From contig NW_024704742.1 in NCBI RefSeq assembly GCF_018977255.1, forward strand, positions 130,450,001 through 130,514,000: a DNA stretch of 64,000 nucleotides, given 5' to 3'. Source of the DNA: Callorhinchus milii (lineage: Eukaryota). A model generated the notes under the pieces. That model was not told the DNA's origin and did not search any database. It saw nothing but the letters and a program-made list of their open reading frames with translations. Shown here in pieces: positions 61,684 to 64,000 of this stretch (the stretch's first letter is position 1; each line of letters opens with the position of its first letter). The position numbers and the translations under genes are program-made.

Positions 61684-61997
61684 TTACTTAATTGTGGAGA
61701 TGAATTGATGAGCTTCTTTCAGGAGATTCTGCAGATCTTGATATTTAGCTAACTTACAGGCCTCATCCACTTTTAACCATTGAAATGCTTGATGCTCATG
61801 AGACAGTTTTACTTCTGTGTTATAGTCCTTCAGCTCTGCCAGCCAATAGATAACAGTTTTGGGCTTTTCCTTTACTTTGTAGGTTAACACTTTCTTGTAC
61901 CCATCAAGCACATGAAACTCTTCAGCTTTCAATCCTGCTTCTTCCTCTGTTTCACGAAGTGCGGTTTGAAAATCATCCTCTCCTGGATCAACGTGAC
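61684..61997 (-). CDS. NUDT2: NUDT2 (asymmetrical Ap4A hydrolase) last coding exon
   Basis: Acceptor ttttctcttaag|GT; Nudix box GHVDPGEDDFQTALRETEEEAGL followed by KPKTVIYWLAE..LSHEHQAFQWL..TIK*. The first coding exon was not found in the window. Confidence 0.95.
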
Positions 61998-62754
61998 CTT
62001 AAGAGAAAAAGGGGGAGACCTTTAAGCTCTGTCAATGCATAAACGCAAGTTGTTGTTGTCAGTGGGCAATTTTAACAGTGAAAAATTGTGGTGTAAAAAC
62101 TGAAAAAAAACAATCTGTACAGTTAAATCAATAGATTATTTGAACACTTAGAAAGTGATTTTTTGGGTGATCAGCTGGATGTCCGACATGCACCCATCAC
62201 CGTGCATCCCACCTACACATGGAAATGCATCCCACCTACACATGGAAATCTCAGGGATAGATTGTTGGAATGGAATGCACACTCTCTCCCTGGAGGGACG
62301 CATCCTGGTTACCTGATTCCAGAAAATGTTAGGGACAGGTTGCCAAGGCTTGGGGACCCCAGAGTGTGTGTTGGAACTGCTGGAGTCTAACCAGCTAAAA
62401 ATGCATAGCTTGCCATTGATATTGCTGTCTGGTAAGCTTTCCCGCTGCTTGTACAGCTAGCACCACTCTACCCGTTAGGGCTTTGTTTTGCAGGCTTAAC
62501 AGGAGCGGAGTGGGATGACTCCCTGACCCCAGTGACTGGGGTGACTGCCCTTACAGGTCCTACCGATGAGCCAAGGCTATGATTGGACCATAAAAAAGGC
62601 ATCAATTACATCAAGTAATTGGTTTAATACAATTATCATTGGGTACCCTAATTCGGGGAGGTGCTCAATTCCCAAAAAAGGAGCATCATGTGCTCGCAGT
62701 CGCTATTTTTCAACCCGATGATAACAAAGATACGTGCTCTGACTATTAATGAGT

Positions 62755-63690
62755 AGTATCTATTTTTCTGCTTCCACCCTCAACTCCAGGACCACTGCTG
62801 TCCTGACAGACTGCCGGTCGGACATCAAGTCCTGAATGAGGGCAAACTTGCTACAGTTGAATGTGAACAAGACTGAGGCCCTCCTGATTGGCTCACGCCA
62901 GCGGCTCTGCATCTCAGGTTCTGGCAGCATCAACCTCCATGGTTGCACATCAACTCACCAAGTCAGTCAGGAACCTCGGTGTCTTGTTCAACCCTCAACT
63001 GTCTTTTCTCCCCCACATCCAAGCCATGACCCGCTCCGCCTTCCCTCACCTCCGTAACATGGCCCGACTCCACCACTACCTCACCCCTCAGGCCGCTGAA
63101 ACTCTTGTTCATACCTTCATCACCTCCAGGCTCGACTATGCAAACGCCCTGCTTGTCGGCCTTCCCAACTCCTCCCTCCACAGGCTGCGGACAATCCAGA
63201 ATTCTGCAGCCCGTGTCTTCTCCAGCACCAAACTCCGTGACCCCATCTCCCCCGACTTCATTGGCTCACTATCCTTCAGAGGATCCAGTTCAAGATCCTG
63301 GTCTTCACCTACAAAGCCCTCCATGGCCTCACCCCACCTTACCTTTGCGACCTCCTAACCCCCTATCAACCCGCCCGCGCTCTCCGCTCAGCCGGCTCTG
63401 GCTGCTCCACGTTCCCCCTCCCACCCACCCCACCACTGGCGGGAGAGCCTTCAACCACTCTGCCCCCAACCTCTGGAATTCCATCCCCCAATCACTCTGC
63501 CTCGCCCCCTCCTTAGCCTCCTTCAAGTCTCGCCTCAAGACCCTCCTCTTCGACCATGCCATCAGCCACCCCCTTTCTCCCCCCCAACCTCAGCTCGAGT
63601 CTGAAATGCTGTACACTGTCCAGCACCTTGGGACGTCCTCCTGACGTGAAAGGCGGTATACAAATGTGATTTTGTTGATGTTGTTGTAGT
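62755..63690 (+). mobile_element. L2 LINE 3' fragment
   Basis: LQLNVNKTEALLIG, VRNLGVLFNPQLSF, AETLVHTFITSRLDYANALL, FKILV..KALHG and tail. Confidence 0.9.
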
Positions 63691-64000
63691 AGTCAGAGGT
63701 TGGTTCTTTGTGCACTTTTACATTAATTCCATTACAAGCGGCTGCTAACGTGTGTAGTTTAAGTGTGATTTGCTGAAATGCTGTACTCTGTCCAGCGACT
63801 TGGGACATCTTCCTGACGTGAAAGGCGCTATACAAATGTAATCTTAATTAAAATTAATTGTAAAACAGAATTGTAAAACACAAACAGGATCAGCCTAAGT
63901 CACAAAGGTGAAAAATACACCTGATTGACTGAAGCTTCCCAATTTGCTTTGATTTAAAGAATAATTGGTAGTACCTGTGGTCGTGGTAGAACTCATTAGT

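Overview
Repeat-rich vertebrate genomic DNA. The L2/CR1 LINEs, Deu-domain and tRNA-headed SINEs and Penelope-type remnant suggest a cartilaginous fish, possibly a chimaera (inference). Contents: (1) NOL6 on the + strand, with 21 phase-consistent coding exons from 13314 to 43222 (about 922 codons). The exons for the last ~220 aa are not visible and probably lie in the N-gap at 43287-43311. (2) An unnamed + strand gene with four phase-consistent exons (47699-56310). It encodes a ricin-B/cysteine-rich beta-trefoil domain, a Ser/Thr-rich stalk, an OSTbeta (SLC51B)-like transmembrane segment and a cytoplasmic tail ending in a GEIMIEWKDG motif. Its first exon was not found. (3) The last coding exon of NUDT2 on the - strand (61684-61997). 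(4) A candidate unrecognised ~122-aa gene on the - strand, transcribed away from the NOL6 promoter (exons near 9189-9278, 5683-5808 and 3488-3798). Also present: an ETS-CRE core promoter between two minisatellites, a Tigger-like element abutting a NOL6 splice acceptor, a 93-bp near-perfect intronic inverted repeat, a candidate box C/D snoRNA and a degenerate hammerhead ribozyme. Most listed six-frame ORFs are repeat-derived or spurious. All homology calls come from recognising motifs by eye, not from database searches.
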